64,000 bases of DNA from Flavobacteriales bacterium (GTDB lineage Bacteria > Bacteroidota > Bacteroidia > UBA10329). The notes beneath the pieces are model-generated. The model worked only from the letters and a program-made list of their open reading frames with translations, was not told where the DNA came from and made no database searches. Positions 1 through 9,299 of this stretch are shown here, in pieces. The translations under genes and the position numbers were made by a program. The stretch is from assembly GCA_044356305.1 (NCBI GenBank), contig JBIKWM010000001.1:259509-323508 (forward strand), in the 5' to 3' direction. How positions within the stretch are numbered: position 1 is the stretch's first letter; every line of letters starts with the position of its first letter.

Positions 1-206
1 ATTTGCGGCACACGCGCAGAGCGCAGCGCCACTGCGGCACGGGTGCCATCGGTGCTCATGCCGTCCATCACCAGCACCTCAAGGTCGCTGATGGGGTGCT
101 GCTGTGCTATCAGGTCATCGAGCAGTCGCCCGATGTACCCTTCCTCGTTGCGGCAAGGAATGATGAGGGTGGCAGAGCACGATGCCATTTCGCTATGACC
201 GTTCAT
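1..206 (-). CDS. glycosyltransferase family 2, N-terminal fragment (gene continues past the left edge)
   Basis: Reverse translation from ATG at 206 gives MNGHSEMASCSATLIIPCRNEEGYIGRLLDDLIAQQHPISDLEVLVMDGMSTDGT. This is a typical GT2 N-terminus (IIPxxNE ... DxxSxDGT). It is absent from the ORF track because there is no stop inside the window. Confidence 0.5.
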   Translation of the reverse strand, partial: MNGHSEMASCSATLIIPCRNEEGYIGRLLDDLIAQQHPISDLEVLVMDGMSTDGTRAAVALRSARVPQ

Positions 207-284
207 GATGCGTGCCCCGCCTCTGATCTTTTATCAATCCAACAATCATCATCTCATCACAGTAAAATAGATCAGGTACCGATT

Positions 285-1685
285 TCAGATGTGTTTCCCA
301 ACATGCAATCTGAAACCATGCTCCAAATGTCGGTTCATGCTGTACTCAAAACGGATCACCACATCGTAGTACGTCACCATGTCCAGCCCCAGCCCACCGC
401 CCATGAGCCACGTGTTGCTGAGGCGCGCCTTAGGGCTTATCTGGCTGTCGATGCTGTAGGCGGCATCAAAGTTCAGATTCATGTAAAAGGTGAATGGGAT
501 GAGGCCGAACTTGTTTGATTTGAGGAACTTGAGATTGAGGACACGGGTGGGGAATGCAGTCCATTTCAACGAGCTCTTGAAGAGCACATAATGCTGGGCA
601 TCGACCACGTATAGCTCGTAACCGCGCACAAAATCATTATCGTATCCCAATCCGTATTGGAGGTAATAGGACTGCCGCGCCACACTCGATGCCTTGATGC
701 TGGTGCCATGTACAAAATGCCACCTGCGGTGCAGGGGCCAGTATTTGTTGAATGTGACATAGGCCGAGAATTGATCAATGTCTGAACCTACTATGCCCAG
801 ACCGTCTTTCCGTAGAATGAATTCGAACAGATATCCTTTGAGCGGATAGGAATTGTAATCGCGCAGGTCGCGCCTCAGATTGTATTCAATGGACATGAAC
901 CGCACATGGTCCTTGCCGTTGGCCAGATAGTAGGGATTGAGCTGTGCCACCTCTGGGGCGGTCCATATCTCGCTATAGCCTATGAGGAGCTTGTGCACGT
1001 TGTATAGCTGAGGCCTGAACGAGGGCTCTATATAGGCTTCGATGTACTGCTGTGCATGATCGCCCGACCCGCTATAGAGTAGACGCTTGTTATCGGCCGA
1101 TGAGTATGTCACCTCGCGGTTGCGGGCATATTCGGCCCCGACATTGAGCCCGAATCGCTGCCTGCGGTCGAGGTATGGGAAGCTGTACTCGAACCCGAAC
1201 TTCCAGTTGTAGCCGAACCGCGCTTCAATCTCAAGGATCTCGCGCCTGCCCCTGAAATTGTTCCAGACCAGGTGGAGCCCATAGTCAAGGCGGTCCAGCT
1301 TCCATCCTTTGTCTATCCACTCCGGGATGTTGCGATCGGCCACTTTGAAAATGGGGATGGGGAACACGTACCAGCGCTCCTGCATGCGTATCACCACATC
1401 AATGGTGCTGTCAATCGGATTGATGCAGGTGTCTATCTCCACAAAGTTGAAGAGGTTCACATTGCGCAGATTGCTGCGCGACCGCTCCATGTGGTAACGC
1501 AGCGAGTCGAGGTTGAGCCTATCGCCCGGATGGACTGTCAGCTCGCGGTTGATGATCCTGGGCCGGGTTATCCTGTTGCCCTGCATCTCAACCGTATTGA
1601 TCCTATACTGATGCTGCGCCAACAGTGTGGCAGGTGCAATCAGCATGGCGGCCATGGCCAGCCGCTTCAGGGCAGTATGGCGCAC
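285..1685 (-). CDS. BamA/ShlB-type outer membrane protein (one POTRA domain plus beta-barrel)
   Basis: 466 aa with a signal peptide (MRHTALKRLAMAAMLIAPATLLAQ). A POTRA-like INTVEMQGNRITRPRIINRELTVHPGD segment is followed by a Tyr/Gly/Phe-rich barrel ending in an aromatic residue. Confidence 0.75.
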   Translation of the reverse strand: MRHTALKRLAMAAMLIAPATLLAQHQYRINTVEMQGNRITRPRIINRELTVHPGDRLNLDSLRYHMERSRSNLRNVNLFNFVEIDTCINPIDSTIDVVIRMQERWYVFPIPIFKVADRNIPEWIDKGWKLDRLDYGLHLVWNNFRGRREILEIEARFGYNWKFGFEYSFPYLDRRQRFGLNVGAEYARNREVTYSSADNKRLLYSGSGDHAQQYIEAYIEPSFRPQLYNVHKLLIGYSEIWTAPEVAQLNPYYLANGKDHVRFMSIEYNLRRDLRDYNSYPLKGYLFEFILRKDGLGIVGSDIDQFSAYVTFNKYWPLHRRWHFVHGTSIKASSVARQSYYLQYGLGYDNDFVRGYELYVVDAQHYVLFKSSLKWTAFPTRVLNLKFLKSNKFGLIPFTFYMNLNFDAAYSIDSQISPKARLSNTWLMGGGLGLDMVTYYDVVIRFEYSMNRHLEHGFRLHVGKHI

Positions 1686-1698
1686 ATGCCTCAGCTTA

Positions 1699-2361
1699 TC
1701 AGATGTTGATGTAGCGCATCAGGGCATCGTAGCGGTCCTTGATCTCGCCTGTGTCCTCGCTATCGTGAAAACTGCCTGCCACCCTATATCCATATCGCTC
1801 CAACCCTTGAATCACGGAGGTCTGGTCCTCACGGTCAATCTTAAGGGTGAGTTCCATCTTGTCGCTATCAGGCCTATGGAAAATATACGAACTGAGTATT
1901 CGCGCCCCGTTCGACTCCACAATGTGAGCCACCTGGGCCAAGGAGTAATCGCGCATGTCCATTTCAACCACAAGTATCCCACCGGGCTGGTTCACAACAG
2001 CCAGCTCATCGAATTTGGTGAGCAGATCGGGCATCGTGATGCAACCTATGTATGTGCCGCCAGCATCCACCACCGGCATGATGCTCAGGTCGTGGCCAGA
2101 GAGGGTGCGGATCACATCATAGATGTGCTGATCGGGCGCTACATGGGTGTCAACCAGATCGGCCACGTAGTGCGAGATAGGCAGGTCGAGGTTGTTCTCG
2201 TCCACCACCATATCCTCGCTTATGATGCCCACGAATCGGGTGCCATCGGCCACCGCAAGGTGAGACACCTTGAATTCTTCCATCCATTCCAGTGCCACAT
2301 GCCCGTTCTCAACGGGCCGTATGGGCGGAACGGTCTTGGATATGAGGTGACGTGCTATCAT
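1699..2361 (-). CDS. CBS-pair domain protein (AcuB-like)
   Basis: 220 aa containing two CBS-like modules (HLAVADGTRFVGIISEDM; IMPVVDAGGTYIGCITMPDL) and a C-terminal ACT-like tail. Confidence 0.75.
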   Translation of the reverse strand: MIARHLISKTVPPIRPVENGHVALEWMEEFKVSHLAVADGTRFVGIISEDMVVDENNLDLPISHYVADLVDTHVAPDQHIYDVIRTLSGHDLSIMPVVDAGGTYIGCITMPDLLTKFDELAVVNQPGGILVVEMDMRDYSLAQVAHIVESNGARILSSYIFHRPDSDKMELTLKIDREDQTSVIQGLERYGYRVAGSFHDSEDTGEIKDRYDALMRYINI

Positions 2362-2420
2362 GAGGCGCGCAAAGTAAACGCGCCCTGTCCTATAATGTTG
2401 TTATCAGATCAGCCCAAGGC

Positions 2421-3389
2421 TCAGCTCTTCATCACCTGCCGCTTGAGCTTCTTCTCCTGGCGCTTCTTGGCCGCCTTGTTGCGGTCGTAAACGCTGAACA
2501 CGCGGCTAATACTGAACCCGAAATGCACATCGCCTTTCCACCACAGGCCATTGGTCTCAGTAAGAAAGGCCTTTTCAATTATCCCTCTCGAATTGGAGAA
2601 ATAGACCTGAAAAACGTGTCCACCGGTCTCAATGTCGAGTCCGATGCTCAGGGCATCCTGCACCTGTTCGCCATTGTAGAGCGAGTTGATCTGCCCGCGA
2701 GGCACCCAGCAGTATTCAAGGTTAAGGGCCAGGCTGCCAGTGAGTTTGGCGCGGCCACCGGCCATAAGTGCGAACACTGTGTTGCGGTCATTCTTGGCAG
2801 CAACGAGGTTGCGGTGCACAATGGTAGGTGTGATCTGTAGCGAGAACCGATCGGAGAATTTGCGGGCAATCAGGATCTGGTAAGTGTAGAAAAGGCGCGA
2901 GCTGAAATAATTCTCGCGGGTCTCATCAGGCCATTTCAAGGTCTTTATGGCGATGCTTGTGAAAAGGGTCACGCTCAGCGGCATCTTGCGCTTGCCCTTG
3001 CTCTGGCGCAGCAGCTTATACTTGAGGTAACCATCGTAGGTCTTCTCGAACGAGCTGCGGCCGATACCGATGTCGAAACGGTCGGTCACACCATATTCGA
3101 AACCGAATCGGATGTTGGCATTGTCAAGTCCGAAATACTCGTACGGGCCGCCTGTGAGCCGCCCGAAGCGGTGACTGATGAGGAATAATAGCACGCCTTC
3201 GCCATTGGTCTCAATGGAGTGCCCGTTAATCAGGCGGGTGGTCTTGAATGTGGCCGAGGCAAAGTCAATCTTGTCCTCCTTCTTCTCCATCTGGTCCAGC
3301 TCGCCCAAAAGGTCGTCTTGGGCAATAGAGACCAGCGGCAGCCAAAGGGCCACCACAATAAAGGCTGCTACAATTCTTCTCATGTTCAC
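2421..3389 (-). CDS. secreted beta-barrel-like protein (DUF5777-like)
   Basis: 322 aa with a signal peptide ending SIAQ and alternating beta-strand composition. Its start overlaps the yceI-like stop by 4 nt. The family assignment is from memory only. Confidence 0.55.
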   Translation of the reverse strand: MNMRRIVAAFIVVALWLPLVSIAQDDLLGELDQMEKKEDKIDFASATFKTTRLINGHSIETNGEGVLLFLISHRFGRLTGGPYEYFGLDNANIRFGFEYGVTDRFDIGIGRSSFEKTYDGYLKYKLLRQSKGKRKMPLSVTLFTSIAIKTLKWPDETRENYFSSRLFYTYQILIARKFSDRFSLQITPTIVHRNLVAAKNDRNTVFALMAGGRAKLTGSLALNLEYCWVPRGQINSLYNGEQVQDALSIGLDIETGGHVFQVYFSNSRGIIEKAFLTETNGLWWKGDVHFGFSISRVFSVYDRNKAAKKRQEKKLKRQVMKS

Positions 3390-3931
3390 TTGGTCATGGG
3401 TTTGTAGTCCATGTCAACAGTAACCTCTACCACCGGTGCGATCTTATCTTTCACAGGGCTGGGTATCTCAATGTTATGGTCGGCCAAGGTTATCTTGAAC
3501 TTGCAGGTCCCTTTCACCCCATTATCGCTCACCACCAGAGTGCCCTTGCCCGTGTAGTTCTTTTTCACACCGTGCATATCGAGTTCACCCACCACTGTGG
3601 CAGCATAGGTGCCAGGCTTGGTGAGGTCCAGATTTTCCTGGATCTTACCATTGAATTTGGCATTCGGATACTTGTCAGAATGCACATACTTCTCGTTGAA
3701 GTGTTCCTGCATAAGGGCTTTCTCAAACTCGAAACTCTTCATCAGAACGCTGAAGGCGATGCTCTTTGTACCGATGTCCAGAATACTGGTCACCTGATGG
3801 TTATTGGCCTCAATGTTCTCCAATGGTGCCTCGGAGAAGAAGCGGATGTAACCCGAACGGGTGCTGAGTTTCTGCGCCTGCGCAGTGATGCTCACGGTCA
3901 GGATCGCTAGTGCAAAAAGGGTCTTTTTCAT
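3386..3931 (-). CDS. YceI family periplasmic protein
   Basis: 181 aa with a signal peptide and YceI-like strands (GYIRFFSEAPLENIEA ... FEFEKALMQEHFNEKY). Confidence 0.75.
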   Translation of the reverse strand: MKKTLFALAILTVSITAQAQKLSTRSGYIRFFSEAPLENIEANNHQVTSILDIGTKSIAFSVLMKSFEFEKALMQEHFNEKYVHSDKYPNAKFNGKIQENLDLTKPGTYAATVVGELDMHGVKKNYTGKGTLVVSDNGVKGTCKFKITLADHNIEIPSPVKDKIAPVVEVTVDMDYKPMTK

Positions 3932-4013
3932 GATTTTGTTGGTTTATGTGCCTGCGGTAGCCAATTACCGTGCCTCACAGACACCGATGAGTTCTTTTTC
4001 TTCGGTCAATGAA

Positions 4014-4379
4014 TCAATTGTCCTGTGCGCCTTTGGCTATCCAGCTCTGAATGAGCAGTTTTTGACACTGATTCAGTTCGGTGTTGCCAGCTGGTGGCAT
4101 GTCCTGATTGATGAGCAGACGCAGGTTGAGTGATCCATTGTCCACTTTGGCTTTCACATTGGCATAATTCTCCAATGGAAAACCACCCGAGCCTGGATGG
4201 CAGCCCGCGCAATTGCCCTGGATGATGGGCAGTATGTCGGCCGAGAAACTGACGTTGGCCGTGTCGCAGGCATTTGGGTCGGTGGGGTACAGTTCCTCTT
4301 CGTTGTCGTAATAGCAGCCCACTGTGGTGCTCAGCGCGAGCAACAGAAGGGAAGCTATGGCAAGGGTGTGTCGTTTCAT
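4014..4379 (-). CDS. small lipoprotein with one CxxCH heme c motif
   Basis: The lipoprotein signal MKRHTLAIASLLLLALSTTVGC starts at an internal ATG (4379). It carries the motif CAGCH and a C-terminal module shared with the upstream gene (LIQSWIAKGAQDN versus MIYDWIAQGAHNN). Confidence 0.6.
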   Translation of the reverse strand: MKRHTLAIASLLLLALSTTVGCYYDNEEELYPTDPNACDTANVSFSADILPIIQGNCAGCHPGSGGFPLENYANVKAKVDNGSLNLRLLINQDMPPAGNTELNQCQKLLIQSWIAKGAQDN

Positions 4380-4383
4380 TGTA

Positions 4384-5094
4384 TCAATTGTTCGGTGCTC
4401 CGGCATTCACCCATTTTGCAATCTTGGCCCGCAAACAGGTATCGAGCTGAGCCTGCCCTTGAGGCATGGCCGAATAGGGCGAGTCGTGGTTGAGTGCGCC
4501 CATGAGGCGCCCATCGAGAGCCACGGCCGAGGCGCCCGAATGTGCACTCAGGTCTATACTGCCACTGGGGAATGCTCCAGAATGGCAGCCAAGGCAATAC
4601 GTTGAGAATATGGGGGCCACGGTGCCGCTAAAGGTCACATTTACAGTATCGCAACCACTGCCGCTATCAATACACTGGTTGTTGTGTGCCCCTTGGGCTA
4701 TCCAATCATAGATCATGTCAATCTGAGCCTGTGTCAGTGTGATGCCTGATGAGGGCGGTGGCATCTGGTCGTCAGGATCAGAGTCGGTGATCCGCTCAAA
4801 TATCTTGCTGCTGCCCGGGTCACCTGCATCAATGCCGTCCATGATCCCTTCATACGAATCGAGCGTGAAACCCTCTGTATGTGTGGCAGCATCGTGGCAG
4901 CCATACATGGCGCAGCTGCTTACAAAAAGCGGAAGGATGTCATTGACAAAATACACCGTGTTGGTGTCGCACACCGAGTCGGTGGTGAGTTCTTCACTCG
5001 GTGTGGGGATCTCGTGTTTGCAGCTTGCAGTTCCAAAGGCCACGGCCAGTATGAGTAGGAAAGCGGGGTATATCAGTTTCTGTCTCATGTTCAT
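4384..5094 (-). CDS. lipoprotein with two heme-binding-like modules (CX4CH and CxxCH)
   Basis: 236 aa with a lipobox (GTASC). It is an internal duplication of the module seen in 4014..4379. Motifs are CAMYGCH and CLGCH, and both halves end in WI/WV..GA.NN. Confidence 0.6.
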   Translation of the reverse strand: MNMRQKLIYPAFLLILAVAFGTASCKHEIPTPSEELTTDSVCDTNTVYFVNDILPLFVSSCAMYGCHDAATHTEGFTLDSYEGIMDGIDAGDPGSSKIFERITDSDPDDQMPPPSSGITLTQAQIDMIYDWIAQGAHNNQCIDSGSGCDTVNVTFSGTVAPIFSTYCLGCHSGAFPSGSIDLSAHSGASAVALDGRLMGALNHDSPYSAMPQGQAQLDTCLRAKIAKWVNAGAPNN

Positions 5095-5522
5095 TGCAGA
5101 ATAAGGCAGTCCATCATCACAACGCTCCCAAAGAGGTCGTCAACCCCTGTGCAGCGACACTTTAGGCGGGCAGAGGCTCCGACCGGGGCCTTGGCTGCAT
5201 CCTGCCCTGCCTTGAGGCTGGCCTGCACGCCACCGCCCATGCTGCCCTCGGCTGCAAGTATGACCATGGTGGTGGTGTCGCTCGTTGCTTCTGCCGATTC
5301 GACCATGCCGCGCACCTCAAGCACCTTGCCCAGGTACTCACGGTTGGCTTTGGCCGTGTCCGTGCTAAAAACGGTGTACACCTCGTCAGAGGTCACCGTG
5401 GCCGTGGCCTCCAGTTCAGCTATATCGACATTGGTGCGGTTGTACTCGTTATAGGCGTAATACCCGCCACCGACCCCGGCAATGACCAGGACCACGAGCA
5501 TGGCGATCAGTTTGTTACTCAA
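5091..5522 (-). CDS. membrane-anchored OB-fold-like protein (tRNA_anti-like family)
   Basis: 143 aa with an N-terminal TM helix, then YLGKVLEVRGMV typical of this family. Its stop overlaps the next gene's start (ATGA). Confidence 0.45.
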   Translation of the reverse strand: MSNKLIAMLVVLVIAGVGGGYYAYNEYNRTNVDIAELEATATVTSDEVYTVFSTDTAKANREYLGKVLEVRGMVESAEATSDTTTMVILAAEGSMGGGVQASLKAGQDAAKAPVGASARLKCRCTGVDDLFGSVVMMDCLILQ

Positions 5523-5560
5523 AATGATGGATGGTTAGGCATTAATGGGCCCAAATGTAA

Positions 5561-5588
5561 ACGGGCACCGACTTTAACCGGTGCCCGT
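5561..5588 (-). terminator. hairpin downstream of the DUF2795 gene
   Basis: ACGGGCACCG / CGGTGCCCGT forms a 10-bp stem. On the minus strand it is followed by TTTACATTT, which is only a partial T-tract. Confidence 0.4.
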
Positions 5589-5622
5589 CACTAAATCGTG
5601 CTATTCTATCCAAAAATTTCGG

Positions 5623-5844
5623 TCAATACTCATCTTCATTGAAGAAGAAATCCTCTTTGGAAGGATAATCAGGCCAGATGTCTTCAATGGTCTCATACAC
5701 TTCGCCCTCGTCCTCTATCTCTTGCAGGTTCTCAATCACCTCCATGGGTGCACCGGAGCGCATGGCAAAATCAATCAGCTCGTCCTTGGTAGCGGGCCAT
5801 GGGGCATCTTCGAGGTGCTTGGCGAGTTCGAGGGTCCAATACAT
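5623..5844 (-). CDS. DUF2795 domain protein
   Basis: 73 aa with WPATKDELIDFAMRSGAPMEVIENLQ, which matches the DUF2795 pattern. Confidence 0.75.
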   Translation of the reverse strand: MYWTLELAKHLEDAPWPATKDELIDFAMRSGAPMEVIENLQEIEDEGEVYETIEDIWPDYPSKEDFFFNEDEY

Positions 5845-5980
5845 GGTTCGTGCCTTTTATCTGTTTGTTCAAAGAGAGAAGTCTAACTGAGCCCTCTGCG
5901 TTTCGATGCGCGAAAGTAAAATTTTGGGCACAACATGCACCTTTTGCCAAAAATATCTTGAAATCAAAGTAATGGGACCC

Positions 5981-6529
5981 TTAACCTCTTGGTCGCCAAG
6001 CTGTTTCAGCTATTCCGTTTCGGTGTCCTACATATCGGGCCAATACGAACAGATGGTCAGACAGGCGGTTGAGGTAATGAATCACCTCCTGTGGGACGGG
6101 TTCGATCGAGTGCAGATGAACGGCCAACCGCTCGGCCCTTCGGCACACACATCGGGCCATGTGTATGAACGCCACAGTATCATCGCCACCCGGAAGTATG
6201 AAGTTGCGCAGTTCGGGCAGGCTCTCGTTCATCCGGTCTATTTCAGCCTCCAACAGTTGCGTATCGGTGGGCAGCAGGTCAGGTGTCTTCACGTTGTCCT
6301 TGCCCGGTTGGGTGGCCAGGAGGGCCCCAACGGTGAAGAGTCGGTCCTGTACCTCCGCAAGTGTCTGCTGCGCTTTGGTTCCAATATCCCTGAATCGCAC
6401 CAGCCCGACAATCGCATTCAGCTCATCGACTGTTCCATATGCCTCGATGCGCACGTGATGCTTCGGCACACGCGCACCGCCCAGCAGGGCCGTGGTGCCA
6501 TCGTCTCCGGTGCGGGTATAAATCTTCAT
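5981..6529 (-). CDS. pduO: PduO-type ATP:cob(I)alamin adenosyltransferase
   Basis: 182 aa with the signature N-terminus [18 protein letters not shown]. Confidence 0.85.
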   Translation of the reverse strand: MKIYTRTGDDGTTALLGGARVPKHHVRIEAYGTVDELNAIVGLVRFRDIGTKAQQTLAEVQDRLFTVGALLATQPGKDNVKTPDLLPTDTQLLEAEIDRMNESLPELRNFILPGGDDTVAFIHMARCVCRRAERLAVHLHSIEPVPQEVIHYLNRLSDHLFVLARYVGHRNGIAETAWRPRG

Positions 6530-7245
6530 TGGGCCAGTGCCTGAGCGTAGGTGCGCACGTTGGGGTTGGGGCTGTCGCTCTCTATCAGACCATCGCGCAG
6601 GCGGATGATCCTGTGTGCGTGCTGTGCTATGTCCTCCTCGTGAGTCACAAGGATCACCGAGTTTCCGTTGCGGTGAATCTCCTCAAACAGCCCCATGATC
6701 TCGATGCTGGTCTTGGTGTCGAGGTTTCCGGTAGGTTCATCGGCCAAGATGATGGACGGATGGTTTACCAATGCGCGGGCCACAGCCACGCGCTGGCGCT
6801 GACCGCCCGAAAGTTCGTTGGGGCGGTGCATCATGCGGTCGGCCAGGCCAACTTGCCCCAATACCTCTTTGCCTCGCTTTTCGCGGTCGGCCTTGCTCAG
6901 GCCTGCGTAGATCAACGGCAGGCATACATTGTCCAGAGCGGTGTAGCGCGGCAGCAGGTTGAAGGTCTGGAACACGAACCCTATCTCCTTGTTGCGCACC
7001 TCAGCCAGCTCGTTGTCGGTCATCCGGCTCACATCCTTGCTGTTAAGCACATAGGTGCCTGTGGTGGGCGAATCGAGGCAACCGATGATGTTCATCAGGG
7101 TGGACTTACCCGAACCTGAAGGCCCCATAAGCGCCACATACTCGTTGCGGCCTATGTTCATGGTAATGTCTCGTAGGGCATGTACCGTCTCGCTTCCCAT
7201 CTGGTAAACCTTCGATAGGTGTTCGGTGCTGATAACGGGATGCAT
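6526..7245 (-). CDS. ABC transporter ATP-binding protein (MacB/LolD-like)
   Basis: Walker [13 protein letters not shown] signature [15 protein letters not shown] and Walker [12 protein letters not shown]. Confidence 0.9.
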   Translation of the reverse strand: MHPVISTEHLSKVYQMGSETVHALRDITMNIGRNEYVALMGPSGSGKSTLMNIIGCLDSPTTGTYVLNSKDVSRMTDNELAEVRNKEIGFVFQTFNLLPRYTALDNVCLPLIYAGLSKADREKRGKEVLGQVGLADRMMHRPNELSGGQRQRVAVARALVNHPSIILADEPTGNLDTKTSIEIMGLFEEIHRNGNSVILVTHEEDIAQHAHRIIRLRDGLIESDSPNPNVRTYAQALAQ

Positions 7246-7262
7246 GGCCGCAATTTAGGGGT

Positions 7263-8051
7263 TCAGTACCTGACAGTGAAGTGTTCCTTTGCCTGCCCGG
7301 AGCGGAATGAAACAATGCCGATCTGAAAAAGATCGATGGTCACGCTCACTTTCGGATGCGCCTTGATGTTCTCCCATGCCTGTGTCATGTCGGGAGTCCA
7401 ATAGATGTCGTCAAACACAAGGATGGTACCGGGGTGGGCGTGCTCCAGAAACCATTCAAAGTAGCGAAGGGTGGGCTCCGAGCGGTGATTGCCATCAACA
7501 AAGGCCCAATCTAAACGACCGATCGCGCTGAGGATATCCGGAAGCACATCATCGAACGGACCGGTGTGCTGAATGATGTTTCCGGTGCCGGCATTTTGCA
7601 GATACTCTGCGGCTTTTGCGGCAGTATTGGGGCACCCTTCTATGGTGATCAATCTTCCGTTCTCATTTCCTGTGGCCTGATATAGTGCGCTAACTCCCAA
7701 TGAGGTGCCCAGTTCAACCATGTTAGCAGGTCTGAAATGTGCCACAAGCCTATGCAACAACTCACCATACCGAGGCTGTTTGGCGCTGCCACGGGCCAAT
7801 TGGGCTACGGTGCGGCTCTTGTGCGGGTCAATGAGCGAACCGGCACCGAGGTCGGTTATCTGCACAAGACTGGTGTCTTTTTCCAATTCGGACCTGTATG
7901 CCTTCACCCGCGCATAGGCCGGACGGTCGATCCGGTCATAGATCACCTTATCAATCAGCTCATAGACAAATGGCGAGTGCACCCCGTGCCTCGTCTTGGC
8001 CCGCCACATGTACCGCGCAAACTGCTGTGCTCTATATAGTGCCGGGTGCAT
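7263..8051 (-). CDS. class I SAM-dependent O-methyltransferase-like protein
   Basis: VELGTSLGVSALY (SAM-binding glycine loop) and FVDGNH. The start is taken at the internal ATG 8051 (MHPALYRAQQF...). Confidence 0.65.
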   Translation of the reverse strand: MHPALYRAQQFARYMWRAKTRHGVHSPFVYELIDKVIYDRIDRPAYARVKAYRSELEKDTSLVQITDLGAGSLIDPHKSRTVAQLARGSAKQPRYGELLHRLVAHFRPANMVELGTSLGVSALYQATGNENGRLITIEGCPNTAAKAAEYLQNAGTGNIIQHTGPFDDVLPDILSAIGRLDWAFVDGNHRSEPTLRYFEWFLEHAHPGTILVFDDIYWTPDMTQAWENIKAHPKVSVTIDLFQIGIVSFRSGQAKEHFTVRY

Positions 8052-8123
8052 GGCGGGCAAAAGTAGGCCCGGCCACCGCGAGGCGACCGGGCCTTGAAGC
8101 AAAGCTATTCAGATAGTGACCGG

Positions 8124-9242
8124 TCAGTTCCGGATCAGGTGACCGTTGGCGGCAGGTGTGCCATCGGCCTTTGCAAGGCGGTAGATGTAGGTGCCTGCGC
8201 GCAGGTCGCTGATGTCGATGCGTTCGCCATCAACGTTGACAGCCGTGGTAAGCACGGTACGACCGCTCAGGTCAGAAACGGTGAGCATCAGTTGGTCGCC
8301 ACCGGTGCGTACACTGATGAATTCGGTGGCAGGGTTCGGGTACACCAGCACATTTCCGCTATTGATCAGCTCTTCTACGCCTGTGCAGCACTCCGATGGA
8401 TCGCTCAGAAACAGGGCACTGATGGGGGCATTGGTCACCTGATCAACCTCTATCTCGGTAACGATGTAGCCCATGCTCTTGCTAAGGAAGCGCATCAGGC
8501 GCTTATCGCTCACGTTCGGGTTGGCTATCACACCTGGAATGTTGGGAACAATGGTCCAAGTACCGTTAACGAGTCCCCAAGCGGTATCGATGCTCACCTC
8601 GTGGGTGTTCATGCGCAGAACCTGATGGGAATTTCCCAACACATCGGTAAGTGTGCCGAACGCATCGATGGTGGCTGTGCTGGTGATGTTGCGCTTGAAA
8701 CGGATGCTGTCCGGATTGAAGATCAGGTTGTAGGGAGAAGGAACCAGACCTACAGAGTAGATGGCAGTGTCGAACATGGCCACATCGCTGAAGCTGGTGT
8801 TGTACGTGGCCGGGAACTGGAAGATCTTCCAGGGGTCATCGGCCGTTACACCCATGCTCAGGGGAATCGGGCCCGACCCACCCCCAAAATCCACACTGAT
8901 GCCGATGATGGTCACATCGCCACCGGCCAGATCAGCGAAAGCGTATCCGCCACCCTGATTAAAGGCTATATCGGAGGTAGGGAACAGCGCACCGAACGGA
9001 ACCACGCTGCCAGGAGTCGTGAAACTGAGGCTGTAAAGCGTGTCGGTCTCCAGGTTTGAGAAGTCCCAGGTCTGGGCGGTGGCACTGGCGGTGCCTACGT
9101 TGGTTCCCACGGGCACTTCGGCATCGCTGCCCATGAAGAATGACTCGCCCGCTACAGGGAAATCGGCCTGGTCAATTATTACTTGGGCATTGAGGCCAAG
9201 TGTGGCAAGCACAGATGCGACAAGGGTAAAGGTCTTTTTCAT
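8124..9242 (-). CDS. secreted protein with T9SS C-terminal sorting domain
   Basis: Signal peptide, and a C-terminus VLVYPNPATEFISV...GTYIYRLAKADG typical of the T9SS sorting domain (CTD). Confidence 0.8.
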   Translation of the reverse strand: MKKTFTLVASVLATLGLNAQVIIDQADFPVAGESFFMGSDAEVPVGTNVGTASATAQTWDFSNLETDTLYSLSFTTPGSVVPFGALFPTSDIAFNQGGGYAFADLAGGDVTIIGISVDFGGGSGPIPLSMGVTADDPWKIFQFPATYNTSFSDVAMFDTAIYSVGLVPSPYNLIFNPDSIRFKRNITSTATIDAFGTLTDVLGNSHQVLRMNTHEVSIDTAWGLVNGTWTIVPNIPGVIANPNVSDKRLMRFLSKSMGYIVTEIEVDQVTNAPISALFLSDPSECCTGVEELINSGNVLVYPNPATEFISVRTGGDQLMLTVSDLSGRTVLTTAVNVDGERIDISDLRAGTYIYRLAKADGTPAANGHLIRN

Positions 9243-9269
9243 TGAATGTCAGGGGTGTGGTTAATGGTG

Positions 9270-9277
9270 CAAATCTA
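9270..9277 (-). promoter_or_regulatory. Bacteroidota -7 box candidate (TAGATTTG)
   Basis: The minus strand reads TAGATTTG, matching TAnnTTTG, about 28 nt upstream of the ATG at 9242. No clear -33 TTG is present. Confidence 0.3.
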
Positions 9278-9299
9278 CTAAGTCTTGATCAGGAAATTA

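Noticed and set aside
3-518. 171-aa plus-strand ORF at the left edge.
   Set aside because: It overlaps the minus-strand GT2 fragment and the 3' end of the BamA-like gene, and it has shadow-frame composition.
5948-5955. TATTTTTG (minus strand) as a -7 promoter box for the DUF2795 gene.
   Set aside because: The only nearby TTG is about 9 nt away instead of about 19-21, and the box is over 100 nt from the ATG. This is too weak to report as a feature.
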